Of a stretch of DNA of 64,000 bases, positions 62,178-64,000 are shown one piece after another. The position numbers were made by a program, and so were the translations under genes. The DNA is from Antechinus flavipes. Lineage: Eukaryota. The notes beneath the pieces are model-generated. The model searched no databases. It had not been told where the DNA came from and saw only the letters and a program-made list of their open reading frames with translations. The DNA lies in the NCBI RefSeq assembly GCF_016432865.1, contig NC_067401.1, positions 283,154,001 to 283,218,000 of the forward strand. The letters are read 5' to 3'. Numbering within the stretch: position 1 is the stretch's first letter; each line of letters opens with the position of its first letter.

Positions 62178-62604
62178 GTAGGTATTGAAAATCAGACTAT
62201 TGATTTATATGTAGGCACCCATATGTGCCTACATATATGGTTTTTATGTCCCTATTTTTTTTATAAAAGGTCATGTTTTTACAACTGTGTGAAAAAAGTT
62301 ATATGTCCAGAAGTGTCTTATCTTGGTGTTGCCATCTACTCTATATATCTGGGCAATCTTGGGTCAAGTCCATTTCACCTTTGTATGCCTTGGTTTTTAA
62401 ATTTTCAAAATGGGGATAGTAATAGTACTACTCCCTATCCCATAAAATTGTTATGAAGATTGGAATTTATAAATTATGTAGCATTGTGTACATATGAGCT
62501 ACTGTTATCATTATGATTCAACAATACTAATGTTGCTTTTAAGGATAGTAAAAATAAGCCAGTTCATGTGTTCTCTTGAGAAATTTGTATCTTAGATGTT
62601 TCTA

Positions 62605-62985
62605 ACCAACAGACTCAAAAATATTGTGGTCCTAAAAGTTGTTAAACTGTGCATACCCTCTGACTCAGCCATACCACCAAAAGTCCTAGACTCCAAAGAC
62701 ATCAAAGAAAAGATGAAAAGGATTCATATTGTACAAAAATAATTGTAGCAGTTCTTTTTGTAGTAGCACAAACTGGCAACTAAAGGGAATTGCACACATA
62801 TTGGGGAATGCCTAAACAAAGTATGGTGCACGGAAGAAGTGGAATATTATTGTACCGTACAAAATGAGAAAAAATGAGCACTTTCACAGATGACCCAGAA
62901 AGCCTGTGTAAATTGATGTAAAATTAAATTAACAGAATCAATAGGACAATTGATAAAATAACAACAGTATTGCAAAGAAACAACA
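62605..62985 (+). mobile_element. Degenerate L1 ORF2 C-terminal fragment in intron 5
   Basis: Decayed PFDPAIPLLG...IAALFVVAK...EWLNKLW-like coding motifs at DNA level. Confidence 0.65.
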
Positions 62986-63039
62986 TGATCTTGATTTTAG
63001 TTCAAAAGTGAAGCTATATAGTTTTTTCTTTGTTCTTAG

Positions 63040-63168
63040 GTCCACCTCAGAGTACATAGTGGAGAGCGACCATTCAAATGTCAAACTTGCAATAAGGGTT
63101 TTACTCAGCTCGCCCACCTACAGAAACACTACCTGGTCCACACTGGAGAAAAGCCTCATGAATGTCAG
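63040..63168 (+). CDS. PRDM1: PRDM1 exon 6 ([43 protein letters not shown])
   Basis: GTTCTTAG acceptor, GTGGGT donor, 129 nt; C2H2 fingers with linkers. Confidence 0.98.
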
Positions 63169-63556
63169 GTGGGTAGACTCCTCCTGGGGAAAAATTTTGA
63201 ACTGCTTGGAAATCTGTCCAACTAGCTCCTAACACACTCAATAAATGGAGTCTGTAGTTTAAACCCAGAATATGTAGCTCCTCTTCAACACTGATTGCTG
63301 CTGTGTGCCACGACTGTGTCCCATAATCTTGCAAGCAAACAGGCAGACATGGTGTCCAGTGGGTGGAAGAGGGACAAGGAAATAAGCCACCACCCCCTAT
63401 GGGTTATACCCACATAGCCCTATTTGCTTAATAGCCCTCGTGTTGCTTCTCACCTCCCTCGCTGTTGCAGGCTGCCTTTGAGCTTAACTCCTCCCGTTTG
63501 TAGCTTTTAATTTTCTGATTTTCCCTTCTCCTGTCCCATCTGTCCTCCCGATGTAG

Positions 63557-64000
63557 GTTTGTCACAAGCGATTCAGCAGCACCAGCAATCTTAAGACTCA
63601 CCTGAGACTTCACTCTGGAGAGAAACCATACCAGTGTAAACTGTGCCCAGCAAAGTTCACCCAGTTTGTGCACCTGAAACTCCACAAGCGCCTACACACC
63701 CGGGAGAGGCCACATAAGTGTACTCAGTGCCACAAGAGCTACATCCACCTCTGTAGTCTTAAGGTTCACCTAAATGGCTATTGCCCCCTAGATCCTACTT
63801 CTGGTCTATCCATGGAGGACCTAACCCGAATCAATGAGGAAATAGAAAAGTTTGACATTAGTGACAATGCAGACCGGCTCGAAGACACGGAGGATGGTAC
63901 TGATATGACCTCTGTGGTAGAGAAAGAGATCCTGGCTTTGCTCAGAAGAGAGATGGATGGCGCCAACCTGAAAATGTCTTTGCAAAGGAACATGGGAAAT
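63557..64000 (+). CDS. PRDM1: PRDM1 exon 7, partial (VCHKRFSSTSNLKTH...EKFDISDNADRLED...LQRNMGN); stop codon beyond the window
   Basis: TGTAG acceptor, 148 open codons to the window end, containing the remaining zinc fingers and acidic C-terminal region. Confidence 0.97.

Noticed and set aside
60912-62456. 514-aa ORF as a single-exon gene
   Set aside because: It is PRDM1 exon 5 read through into flanking intron. The N-terminal part includes a (CA)n-encoded THTHT run and the C-terminal part runs into MIR sequence; the splice sites define 61093-62177.
63101-63993. Antisense ORFs over exons 6-7
   Set aside because: Reverse-frame shadows of the zinc-finger exons; no separate gene evidence.

Overview
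This is vertebrate, AT-rich genomic DNA containing the PRDM1 (BLIMP1) locus on the + strand. Its repeats (CORE-SINE/MIR, L2, CR1, marsupial-type L1 3' ends and MITEs, a 7SL-derived copy) point to a marsupial, possibly a dasyurid; that assignment is inference from recalled repeat consensus sequences. Bases 1 to ~41,400 are repeat-rich upstream sequence with several candidate enhancers and a young-looking 570-bp solo LTR. Seven coding exons follow with canonical GT-AG junctions: 41887-41928, 43680-43928, 51294-51413, 55265-55517, 61093-62177, 63040-63168 and 63557 to the window end. They splice into one open frame of 774 codons (PR/SET domain, Pro/Ser-rich region, five zinc fingers); the stop codon lies beyond the window. 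The most interesting signal is the 5' isoform and translation-control architecture. It includes tandem uORFs, one overlapping the main AUG in the frame used by the mouse N-terminus; an intronic homolog of the extra mouse coding exon; and a candidate intronic first exon. A PRDM1-beta-like exon (Met-Lys-Lys) in intron 3 could also act as a 27-nt in-frame microexon. No prokaryote-type systems, CRISPR arrays, or intact tRNA/rRNA genes were seen. All comparisons to human and mouse are from memory and need database confirmation.
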